DNA of 57,769 nucleotides, the filler included, from Platydemus manokwari (lineage: Eukaryota): NCBI GenBank assembly GCA_037951405.1. It is 5 parts of 5 records of this genome, joined end to end, with 100 filler letters (N's around TTAATTAATTAA, not from the genome) between each part and the next. Parts side by side here need not be neighbours in the genome. Positions count along the whole stretch, not along the records: positions 25,777 to 34,769 come from JBBMOY011317538.1; positions 34,870 to 46,898 come from JBBMOY010340003.1; 3 more parts are not named here. One strand, written 5' to 3'. Under the pieces are notes generated by a model. That model was given only the letters and a program-made list of their open reading frames with translations. It was not told the DNA's origin and ran no database searches. Positions 25,777-37,317 of this stretch are shown here, piece by piece; the first letter of the stretch is position 1, and every line of letters starts with the position of its first letter. The position numbers were made by a program, and so were the translations under genes.

Positions 25777-28220
25777 ATGCTATATTTACAAGTACCCTAC
25801 TTCGAATATTATAATATTCATTTGGATTACATATAAATAAAATACCAAAGGGTCTGTTTATTTAAGGTAAATTGTATAAAATTGATTAATTACTATCTTT
25901 TGTGCTTGGTTTCTGCACCAAACATCTGTAAAAATATGTGTAGTACTTTAGATAGCAGATTGTTCTCTTTACAATCATTCATGAATACCGAACCATACAA
26001 TTCTGTATCAAATCCCAAATCAATTTCACATCGAGCTTTTAGTCGAATCTGAATTGAAAGCAATTCCATCGCCAAATTTGTTTATTACTCTGTTTTACCA
26101 ATTCAGAGATTGTTTTTATTCCTTTGAAATTATTTAATCCTTTTATACTGACCAGTATCTTATTAATATTATTTTATTATTTTAAGTCAGTAATAAGAAA
26201 GACCGGTCTTTGAAAATACCCTGAAATTATTAAAAAGAAAATAGTATATAAATAATAGATACTGTTCTAGATTCACTATTCTTACTTTAAAATTACTTTC
26301 ACTGTTCTTAAATGAATAAAATCAATTTTTATGCTGAGATTGGAAGTTTGAGAAACTATTATGAAATTGATATCAAAAACATTTATAATATCATGAGCAC
26401 CAGTCATAGTTGAAATGAAAATGTTACGTGTTATTATTAATATTGGATCTAAATATCCATACATATTCCATCTTTACATTACAAATTTGATAAATAATAT
26501 TCTAAATGATATTTTCAAGCTAAATTGTTTGATAAATCAATGTTTATGAAATCAATGTTACGAATAATAACAGATACAATGCTGAATTACAGTAAGCCTC
26601 AATTTATTCTAAAATATTAACCATTTAGAAATCACACAAAGTTTATATATACATATATAAACGTTTAGGTCAAACCAGGTCATGTACCATTAGCGTTGTA
26701 GCCAATTAATATAAAAGAAAAAATAATATTTAGTTATTATATTTTTAAATTCAAATGTTTCTATCATTAATATTTTTGAAATATTGACTGTGTTTCAATC
26801 TTGAAATTCTTGTAAATGTTATGTTGTATGTGAAATTTAAAAACTATGATGATAATATAAGCAGGAAGACCACACGTTAATATTGGTATGACTAAAGCAG
26901 TTCTAAATAAATATTAAGCAATATTATTTATTTATCACATAACAAAAATAATTTAGTTAAAATTAAAGACATAATTATAAAAATTATTTGTACAATACAA
27001 ACAAAATTTAAAATGGATAGAATTAAAATACAAATTACAGTGGGATAGGTTTAAGTACTGATGATTTGGATATATTAATTATTGGAAAAGTTGAAATCAT
27101 TTGCTGAATCGACAACTTTTTTGAGTGATAAATTGTGGATACGGATTTTAGAACTTACAGCTAATTGAACAGAATAGTGGATTAGAATCACCGATCATTT
27201 GATCTTTGGAGAAACAATGTTTCTAATTTATCAAAAAGAAAATAGTATTTGGAAAGGATGATCATTTATTTGCAATTTTATAGTTTGACCTTCAAACATT
27301 ATCAGTATTTCACATTCTAAAATCTATACTTTAAAATTTACTTGAAAGCCTCGAAAGCGTTTATGTTCTCTACAATAAACATAATTCATTTTTTAATTCA
27401 AAATTTTTAGTTTAACTGGAATATAATGTGACCTACTTATGAAGGATTTTGGTGACTTTAAATGTAAACTCACCTGCTTGACAAGAGCATTTGGGTACAT
27501 CAAAATATAACTAATGCATATATTTAAAATTTAATGGTTTTTTATGTCTCAGGATACCAAGAATCAATAATTTTCTTGTAACTCTTCTCCATTGAGCGTA
27601 AATAATTTAAAATTTTACAGGAGTTTTGTCAATTTTTAAACTAATTAATTACTCAATGCTTCTCAAAGATTTCATGTCAAATTTTGCACAAAAATTTATC
27701 TTGCCGCTTATTAAATAACTTAATATTTTATTATTAAATTGCTAAAAACACGATTTAGAAGTTGATGAAACTTTATTTTATTATATTTGCTAATGCTTTT
27801 ACTGAAAGCATTTAGATGCACTTCCGTAATCATAGCATTAAGTAAGAATATATTTAAATAAATCACTGTAATTTGTGACCTTGGTTGATATTAAATACTA
27901 GCTTTATAGATATATTGCTTTTAATGTCAGGCAATTATTCACACTAAATGAAATAACATTTTATTCTTATCATTTGTTGCTGGCGACAGACAAAAATTTT
28001 CAACAAAAACTTGATAAAAAAGAATAAATCTCTAAATATTGTAATTATTATTAAACTTTAATTTAAACTGGAATTTTTTCAAATGATCATTTTATAATGT
28101 CATTAAGTAATTGCTATTCAAAAAATCCCATTTAATATGACATTCTTCATTTATTTTCTTCTTGTTTTAATAATTCATTAATCTTGATCAAATTTCAAAT
28201 TTTCTTAACATTTTGCGGTG

Positions 28221-29814
28221 ATGGAAAATTTACCTTTGAGTAGCAGAACCAAGCGACTTACAAGAAGCCAGTCGAGACTAAAACAAAATAATTTTACATA
28301 TGAAGAAGGTTATATAATTTTTTTGAATAACCTTTATTAATTATTTTTAAGATAAAAAGGTTGAAATACTTTCTGAAAAGTTAAATAATGTGTCACTTGA
28401 AAATTGCAAGGTAAATAATAAACTTAATTCTACTAAAAACACTTTATTGGTAAACAATACGAAATGTTCACACAAAACTCTGGTTGGTCGTGAGAAGGAG
28501 ATTACCGCTTTAAGAGCATTTATAACTGATCATTTTCATAATTTTACCAGTGGAAATCTTTACATCAGTGGTTCACCCGGAACAGGCAAAACACTTGTGG
28601 TAACTGATGTATTAGAAGACTTGACTTCGAAAGATTTATGCAAATTTTATTTTATTAATTGCATGGATTTTTCAAATCCTGCTGCTGTATACAGAGAAAT
28701 ATTATTGAATTTCACTTCAAAACAAATCACAAATACTACAAAAGCTGCAGATGAAGTCGAACACTACTTGAAATCACGGCAACACGATAAAAAACCAATC
28801 GTATTAGTTCTTGATGAAGTTGATCAATTGCTTCTAAGAAGCAAAAGTATTTTGTATAAGTAAACTTTTTGTGATTATTTTCTAATTTATTGAAATGAAA
28901 ATTTGTAGAATCTTAAGCTGGATCGAAATTTCCAGCAGCCGCATTGTAATAATCGGTATTGCCAATTCATTGGATTTAACCGAACGCATGTTACCAGATT
29001 TGCTTCTCCAATCATACCGACCTCACCATATGAATTTTCGGCCATACACTGAAGATGAAATTGCATCAATTATTATGACACGAGTCGAAACCGAATTGAC
29101 CCCTGTTGAGCAACAAGCAGTGAAATTTTGTAGCAAAAAGATCTCCGCTAAATCCGGTGATGCAAGAGCAGCATTAGACCTCTATAAACGTGCTGTCGAG
29201 CTGTCTGAATTGGAGGAACTTGCGGCGATGCGCTCCGAATCAGTCGACACAATAGCAGGGGAGACTGAATTTCCCACTAGTCCAATGAGGCGAGTTTTTA
29301 GCACTCCGAAACTTCTGGCGAGAAAAATGTCCCAAAAGCCCATTCCAAATTCACCGAGCATCAAACATGTCAATCGAGCCATCAAAGAAGTGGAGGTAGG
29401 CAGCCGCCGGTGATTTGTTGGTAGATTGTTACGTCATTGCAGAGAGGAGCTGATCCTTTTAGAAACATCATCAACACGGAATCCGGTAAGAGCACATTGC
29501 CACTTCATCAGAAATTGGGTCTCTGTGCTGGGCTTATTTTGTCGAAACAGAAACTAAAAAAGCCAATTCGTATTGCTCAACTCTACGACAAATACGATGA
29601 GGTTTGCAAATCGCAGAATATCGAGCCGATCGATATATCGAATTTTATCGATTGCATTGTTCATTTGGATTCGCGTGGTCTCGTCAGGATTCAGCCACAC
29701 AAAGAGTCTCGGCAAAGGGTTTTTACTATGAATCTTGACGAGAACGGTATCGAGAAAGCACTGGACGACAAGGCTCTATTATCGTCGATATTAAATAGAT
29801 TTATGTTAGATTAG
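28221..29814 (+). CDS. CDC6: Cell division control protein 6 (AAA+ replication licensing ATPase), 484 aa; exons 28221-28308, 28352-28859, 28909-29395, 29443-29814
   Basis: LVGREKE, Walker A LYISGSPGTGKT, INCM, Walker B VLDEVDQL, IGIANSLDLTERMLP, FRPYT, sensor II SGDARAALD, winged helix LPLHQKL; GT-AG introns of 43, 49 and 47 nt restore the frame. Confidence 0.95.
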
Positions 29815-30229
29815 TTTGAATGGGTTTTGACGTAGATTGTCTCACTGATTCGATTATATTTTAGGGGGGGGAGGACGAGAGGTGAATCAAGACCACTATT
29901 TGAATATGATTTCTAAATTATCTATTATGAATACCGTTTATTATTATGAGCTAATCATTTAATATCAGTTGGATCACTAATAAAATTGTAATTGATTTCG
30001 TCGAACAAGTGGAACGAACTTGAAAACAGTGGGATAACAAACGTTATTTTTTATTAATAATGATAGTTATTTTTATTTGAGTGTGTGTGTTATAATTTAA
30101 TAAATCGCACCAAGGATTTGACACTTCTCAGAAAATAAATTGCGTGTAATTAATCAAGTATAAATTTAAATATAATGATTTACATTACGAAAACTTTAAA
30201 ATATCCAATGTACAATTCAAAAATTCAGG

Positions 30230-30640
30230 TTAGATAGCATTGTAGTGTCCATAGAATCTTTGTCAGAGTTATAGTCTAATCTAACTAACAAATATTCTCC
30301 CTTTGCGAGTTTTGTAATAAGAAATTATAAAATTAATTTGAGAGATAATCGCTTTTACAAATAGAAATAATAGCTGAAATTTCTCTAACTAATTGCATTT
30401 TGCGTTTGCTATGCCTGTCTTAAAGTGATCTTACTGAGTTTTTTAAGTAAGTTTTTGAATCTTCCGTAGTATGCAAATTGTCTGGTTTTTAAATTGGGTA
30501 TGTGTGTCCTTTTATTTTAAAATTCGAATGGTTGGCAGTGATGAAGATATTGCTTTTCGTTTTTCTAAGATTTCTCTACTTGTTGCCACGGTAACCCAAT
30601 AGCAGACTCGTACAATTTATCGTTTGGTTATTCGTTGTTT
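30230..30640 (-). mobile_element. Possible decayed gypsy pol (protease-RT junction)
   Basis: DKLYESAIGLPWQ resembles the retropepsin C-terminal ILGxPW motif; the remainder is A-rich and full of stops. Confidence 0.3.
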
Positions 30641-30804
30641 TTAATAAGTTTTAATTACTAATATCTTCCATAATATCTTTTCAAGTCTGAAAGATTTTAA
30701 TGAACAAAAATTTTTATTTGAATTGTAGGATTCCACAATTTTTAAATTGTTTTGCAAATAATTTTACATAAAATAAACTCAGTCAATTAAGTAAAATACG
30801 TTCA

Positions 30805-30929
30805 AATTCCTTGGATTTAACCGAATTCATGTTACCAGATTTGCTTCTCCAATCATACCGACCACACCATATGAATTTCGGCCATACAGTGAAGATGAAA
30901 TAGCATCAATTATTATGACACGAGTCGAA
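30805..30929 (+). pseudogene. Duplicated fragment of CDC6 exon 3
   Basis: Matches 28964-29089 with a few substitutions and a 1-nt deletion (GAATTTCG versus GAATTTTCG). Confidence 0.92.
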
Positions 30930-31110
30930 TTATAATTTTTAAGCAGACATTTTTCTGCATAATTTATTGTGACATAAATAATTTAGTCTGATTTTTTATA
31001 ATTAAGTAATAAATAAATGTACACGAAGTGAATTGTATTTAAAAATGCAAGTTGATTAATAAAAAGTCGATCATTAATAACAAACACTTTTTATATTAAT
31101 TATTATATTG

Positions 31111-32367
31111 TTATTCGTATCGAATATTAAAAATGCTGCTATTTCTGAAAGCCACTGGACTAATCAATAATGGTATAACGGAATTTGTTGAACTCAAATT
31201 GTGCAGCAAAACATTCGACATAGAATCATGTAATGCAATGCTAGAATAGATGATTCCAATGATAGCAAACACAATAGCTGATCCTATAATTATCCAATTA
31301 AATACAAAAGAAACTACTGACATTTTCCACCGGTATATCCTTATGTAGAAAAATGATGGCCATGCTAAAGACAGCATCGATCCAGTGAAACTCCCAATTA
31401 GACCCAACAATATTGCAAAGTGCGGTAAAGACAGAGCCATGATCATAATAAATACGAGAAGTCCAAATTTTAAAATGATTTTATATACTGTTCTTAACTT
31501 CGATGAATTTACGAAACCGTAAACGAATGATTCATTTGTCACTTCTTTCGTCAAATTACAAGCCGCGTAAAATGGCAAAGGAAAACACGAAATTGCTTTT
31601 AAAAGAAAAACAATATTGATGATGAATTTTAGACTGACAAAAGGAATGTTGTTAGTAATTACTTCATTTGTATTACTTCCGAATGTAATGAAACCAAAAT
31701 AACTAAATGTAACTTTCGCAAACACAGAAGCTGCATGAGACCACCATAAGACCTTATTAAAACTTCTCGCATCTTCTAAATTTCCTTCAACCATTGTCAA
31801 GTAAATCTGACTCGTAAAGCTGAATATGATAATCCCCAAAGATACCGGAAATGTCCAAATATTTATTTGAAATTTTACAAAATCAGGATGCCATTCAGAT
31901 GCTTGGGAGAAACAATATAAAAGAACCGCGCTTGTCATGATCACAGTAGACATAGCATTGAGAAGGCTGAGCCAGGATAATTGCGACATCGTTTCCAGGA
32001 ACACTACAGGAAAGACAAATACAGTTGAGACTATTATCCAATCTGGCAATGAAAAAGTTAAGAAAGAGAAACATCCCATTAATAGATCACCACATAGTAT
32101 TAGATACGAAATGCAAGTCATTATTAATTCTATTAGAATCGCCACGTTAACTATCCACCTTCCAATACGTCCACGAAAAACAAGTTCGGCGATTTCTCCA
32201 TATGATTTTCGCACTCGAACTCGATGTCCATAATCATCCTCATCATACAAACATCGAATAAGAATCTTCCCTGTATAACCACACACATAACCTGCAAGAA
32301 TCATCGATAATAAGGACCAGTAACCACCATTGAGTACTGTGTAAGGCATACTGATTACTGCCATGCC
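31111..32367 (-). CDS. SLC32A1: Vesicular inhibitory amino acid (GABA/glycine) transporter VGAT/VIAAT/unc-47, large 3' exon; 5' exon not found
   Basis: GMAVISMPYTVLNGGYW, CGYTGKILIRCLYDEDDYGHRVRVRKSY, IELIMTCI, FPVSLGIIIFSFTSQI.L..VEGN, EVITNNIP, PHFAILLGLIGSFTG; acceptor gaatag|GGC at 32367, equivalent to the NAIQ|GMF intron of other VGAT genes. Confidence 0.9.
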   Translation of the reverse strand, partial: GMAVISMPYTVLNGGYWSLLSMILAGYVCGYTGKILIRCLYDEDDYGHRVRVRKSYGEIAELVFRGRIGRWIVNVAILIELIMTCISYLILCGDLLMGCFSFLTFSLPDWIIVSTVFVFPVVFLETMSQLSWLSLLNAMSTVIMTSAVLLYCFSQASEWHPDFVKFQINIWTFPVSLGIIIFSFTSQIYLTMVEGNLEDARSFNKVLWWSHAASVFAKVTFSYFGFITFGSNTNEVITNNIPFVSLKFIINIVFLLKAISCFPLPFYAACNLTKEVTNESFVYGFVNSSKLRTVYKIILKFGLLVFIMIMALSLPHFAILLGLIGSFTGSMLSLAWPSFFYIRIYRWKMSVVSFVFNWIIIGSAIVFAIIGIIYSSIALHDSMSNVLLHNLSSTNSVIPLLISPVAFRNSSIFNIRYE

Positions 32368-34769
32368 CTATTCAAAATTATATTGATAAAATTAAACGTA
32401 ATTTAATTCTTCCAATGATTCATACAAGTAAAAATTTTATAAAAGATGAACCATTTTTTTATTATTGGATGAAAATTATCAAATTAGATTTTAAAATTAA
32501 TTATGAGAAATGTTTCTTATTCAAATACATTATGATACTGAATCCTAATGTTTTTCAAAATTGTTTCCACACAAATTTTTGAGTTTGTTAACATAAATTA
32601 AAAAATTTAAACATAAATTAATGCTATTCTTAATGCTATTGTTTGTCTACATTGAAAGATGATATCATTGTATGACTTATTCCACTGATTGTAATAAGGT
32701 AATAATTTGAAAACACACTAACTTGACTCAATTTGGGTTAACAAAAATATTTAAATTGTCTTATTGAGTTTAGAAATTTAGAATTGAATTGAGCAGCACA
32801 CATGCCATTAGCTATACTTTTAACTTTGTTAAATCGATATCATGAAGCTTGAGAAGTAATGGAAATTATATTCTATCGAATTTATAACGATAAATCTAAA
32901 TGGATCAAATATTGTACAAAGATAATATTTAGATTGTATCGCATAAAGTTATTGATATTGCTTTTTTTATAATCTACGAATACCTACGAATATTTAAAAA
33001 TTAACAAGAACTGTTTTTATACTTCAATTTGTTCAAATAAGCCTCCTTTACATTTTTATTTGTATTCAATAGTTAATTAATGATTAAAAATTGGTCTTCA
33101 AAAATATCGGCCATCATTCATATCTATGCAATAACACAATTCTTTAACTATGCCACTCAATTTTTGGGTAAAAATAACGATTTTTCTAATGTGCTTCAAC
33201 ACGAAAATTTTGTTTTTAATATTTTATACGTACAACTTTTTTCAAAAGTAATATGGATATTAACAGGTGGACAAGTAAATTATAAATCTTATACTAAAAA
33301 TCATTGAAAATGTTGAAACATTCTACTCAAAATAATTCAGACATCATATTGTCGATAATTCATTTTTATGTTGAATAATTTCATAGTTTATGAACAAGAT
33401 GAGGATTGATAAAAAATACATACAGATATTTAGCTTCGAAATTCATGTATTAATCACATGATTATAGATTAAATAAAGCAATGAATAAGTCGGAAATTGA
33501 TTGAGCAGCATATTGGCATAATTTAATGTCATTTAGATGATCACTCATTGAATGAATCCAATTCCAAAATGGTGTTCCCAGGTTTTGGGAACTTTGTATA
33601 TCATTCTTTACATTACTGTATTCAAATCAATGATTTCATGATTATATGATTAATTTTAATCATATAACAATATAATATTCCATCATCAGCATCAACATCA
33701 TCACTAGAAATTAGTTTTCAATCGAAATCAGATTAAAAAATCGATTTCGTTTCTTAAAAGTATCTCGTGTTCTTCCATTTGAGAAAGAGTGGACCACATG
33801 ACAAACTCTCACAACATCACATCAAACACTTCACAAATAGATAACTCGATTGTTCGATCTTCAATCACCACAATGAGTTCAGACGAAATCATAGGGAAAT
33901 CTTCAAATTAATCATATTAATTAGAGATTAATATTGATTGTTTTTCGTGTTTTTCTTCTTTAAATACGGAGATATATTTTACCAATGTGTTGTTTCCTTA
34001 TATAATTAATTTCATTATTTTAATGATAATATTTTCCTATTTTAAACTTTTGATATAAGTCAATCTTCTTATCAATGAGATTTCTATCCCAAATTAACGA
34101 TTTTTCATGATCCATTGCTAAGATCTATTAATGATATATCAGGTTTTCGTCATTTAAATTCAAGAGTTCTTCAATAATATCTTCCCATTATGTTTGAATG
34201 GAATATTCATCAAGGTTATAAAGTTAAAATTCCATTATTGCTCAGATAAACGTAATCATCAGGACATTTCTACTTCTTCTGAACATGTTTCTAAGGTCGA
34301 TAAATCTCAATCATAGACTAATATACTTTAGTAATTCCTAAATAAATTTTTATATTTTAAAATTGAATTGAAAAGAATTTGTTGTATTTAAACTGAAGAA
34401 CACAACATTTCAGGAATTGCATAAAAATTCACGTAAAAAGTGAAATTATTTTAAATTCACAGTAGTTTTAAAATATCTTGGAATTCACAAAGCCATCCTT
34501 TATTTCGATTTACAGCTATAATGGCTATTAACCTAAGCATTGCATAAACTAAGATCTGTATAAATCGTATATCGAAGCAAAGTGATAAATAAAAATTGAG
34601 ATTGTCCGTAATTAATTTTAGTTCATATAATATTTTATAAATATGATTGTTTCTTTATTTTCATATTACACACACACACACAACACCACACACACCCACA
34701 CTGACACATGTTCATTAATTTATCATATTTGGTGCAGACAAGAGCCAGTTCCGGCATCAACAAGTGCAA

Positions 34770-34869
34770 NNNNNNNNNNNNNNNNNNNNNNNNNNNNNNN
34801 NNNNNNNNNNNNNTTAATTAATTAANNNNNNNNNNNNNNNNNNNNNNNNNNNNNNNNNNNNNNNNNNNN
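34770..34869. other. Artificial contig spacer
   Basis: 44 N + TTAATTAATTAA + 44 N. Confidence 0.97.
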
Positions 34870-35296
34870 AAGTCACAATCTTGTACTTCAGCACACTGGC
34901 CATCCACGAAAACTCTGGTCAACATTGTCCTCCATTCTTGGCAGGCAGCCAAATGCCTCTGAGCCACCAAGCTTCACGGCAGCCAACTATCGAGATGCAA
35001 TGTCGGCGAAAATTGACCGAGTGCGTGCTGACACTGCTGGAATGTCTCCACCATTCTTCTCGGTAACTAATTCGACATTTGGCAAATTTAATGAAGTGAC
35101 TGAACTGGAGCTTAGAACACTCATAAAAAACTCTAAACTAAAATCATGTGAACTGGATCCACTCCCACCATTCATTCTTGTTGAGGTTTTAGATGAGTTA
35201 ATGCCATTCATCTTGCTTATGATTAATCGCTCTTTGAAGGAAGGCTGTCTACCTGACTCCCAAAAAAGAGCTATTGTGCTGCCAGTCTTTTATTAA
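34870..35296 (+). mobile_element. LINE ORF2 fragment (L2/Crack/CR1-like), region just before the RT core
   Basis: FNEVTELELRTLIKNSKLKSCELDPLPPFILVEVLDELMPFILLMINRSLKEGCLPDSQKRAIVLPV is the classic KSCxLDPxP...INxSLxxGxxP..K.AIVxP segment; truncated there. Confidence 0.9.
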
Positions 35297-35914
35297 AATT
35301 GGTAAATTATATTGAAAATATCTTGACTATTTTAGAATATTTTTTAATTAATTTCCAAATTTGTATTCTAAAATAGTCAGTTGTATAAAAATTTTTTTAG
35401 ATCCAATCCTGGAAACTATTGAGATTTTTCTTCAAAATTACTCTCATTTAAAATAAACAAATGCACCACAAACACCTGATAATTTCATTTGCTTGAAATT
35501 ATAATCAAGCACGTAAGGAACATTCTTCATTTAAAGCAAATATTTGAAATAAGGACAAAAAATTTGGTTAAAGTAAAGAAAGAGTCCTAAAATAATATTT
35601 TATATTTATGGAATGTATTGCAAAAATCTATATAGTTTATTTAATTAAATTCTTTAAAAAACATTTTGAATTTTTTATTTAAGTAAATGAGAAGAATTTT
35701 AGTTGTTTATAATCAAATATTATGAAATCTACTAAAAATTAATTATTTGAAAAACGGGTCAAAGTAGGTCAAAAAGCAAATAATTAAAAATTACGATATC
35801 TAAGATTTTTAGAGTTGTTTTATAAAAAAAGTGACTTGTTAATCATTGAGGAGTGCCAGAAAGTAGGTACTCGTGTTTTATCTCAAAATAAGTATATTAA
35901 CATCTATTAATACA

Positions 35915-36425
35915 TAGACCCAAAACCTGTCCATACTGTTATGAAATGAAAATTTCATCCAAATCAAATAAACCGTTTAGATAAAAATGGCACAAAGTTT
36001 TAAGAAGTTTCGGAATTCGAATAGGGACTTCGTTCAACAATTCGGCCTTGTCCCTTTCCGACAATCAGAATAAGGTATTTTTGGTGCACAGAACTCGCAC
36101 AAAAAGTGTATTATCAAAATAACCTCCATAAGCAAACTAACAATCAAAAATATTCGCAATTTTAAGTAAAATAAAACAAATAATTTAAAATTATTTATTA
36201 AGATACAAAATTTGTAGATTTCACACCCATGAATAAATAGATTAGCATAGGAAAATAATTGGAGGACTAAATATCGTCGTAGAAATTGACGAAGCCTTTT
36301 TTGGATTTGCCAAATATAATTGCGAGCATGGAAGACATTGCATTTGAGTTGCTGAAAAATGGGAGATATATAGTATGAAAGAATTGCTTCTTATTTATAT
36401 TCCGACTCTAAAAGCAATAAACATA
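35915..36425 (+). mobile_element. Merlin (IS1595/ISXO2-like) transposase relic
   Basis: GIRIGTSFNNSALSL (Merlin SIRxGTWFExSxLSL) and IIGGLNIVVEIDEAFFGFAKYN (IGGPGxIVEIDESKFGKRKYN), with stops and frameshifts. Confidence 0.8.
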
Positions 36426-37155
36426 AGATAGAAATTTTATATTTAAAATGATACTTTTATTTAATTGTAGGTTTGTAAAAACATGATCCATAATATATAA
36501 GTATTGTTAGAATTGTTTTTCTTTTTCATCAGAAATTGAATTTTAAGCAAAAATTTAATTAAATAATAATTAAAAATAAATTTTTATATTAAATTATAAA
36601 CGAAAATACATTACATTGAAATTGGGTCAAAGAACCCTTTTTCTTAAATCGTAAATTATAATTTTTGGAATTAAATAAGGTATTTGATGATTTCAATAAT
36701 GAAAAGAGTTGTTACTCAAATTCCAATGAGTACGGCATGTCACAACGATCTGGCTTTCATTTAGATTTATAAATTTATTGGCATGATTAAGTCTCAACTA
36801 TTCCGTTTGATCAATTTTTTAAATTGTTAAATTTGAAAATGATAATATTGATTTCATTAAAAATAAATATTATTGTTAAGATTAAATTATATTATCTGAT
36901 TCTATCAAATCTACTGATACATTATAAATGCTTTGGAGAACCGATTCCAGAGTCCGGTGGATAATGGCAAGCAGAAAATTATTATTAAGATTGTAATGTT
37001 AAATATTGTAACAACAATAAATAGTTCTTAATGTTGCAAAATAGTAGATTATGATATTCCTGAAATCATTTTGTAGGACCTATTTATGAAATTACATAAT
37101 ATAATATAATATTATATATATATATATATATGATTTTTAATTTTAAATTAATTAG

Positions 37156-37317
37156 GAAGTCATCTTTGGGATTATTCTCAAGCCAAGATTTGCCGATCAG
37201 ATGATCTAGACGTCTATGTCAGTAGAGGTAGATATTTCTTGGTGACTTTTGTCAGTGGCAAAAATCTTAACGAACTTAAAAGAGGATTTTCCTTGAAATA
37301 TAAATGCATTGCGAAAA
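37156..37317 (+). CDS. Exon encoding the C-terminal half of a CUB domain
   Basis: attag| acceptor, AAA|gtaata donor, 162 nt phase 1-1; SHLWDYSQAKICRSDDLDVYVSRGRYFLVTFVSGKNLNELKRGFSLKYKC fits CUB xxCG....S.G..L.VxF.SD.....RGF...Y. Confidence 0.7.

Noticed and set aside
30582-30595. RFX X-box-like GTTGCCACGGTAAC
   Set aside because: Lies between two convergent 3' ends and overlaps the GLPW codons of a probable retroelement relic; likely coincidental
28887-32233. ORFs 28887-29069, 29182-29385 and 31937-32233
   Set aside because: Antisense shadows of CDC6 and VGAT
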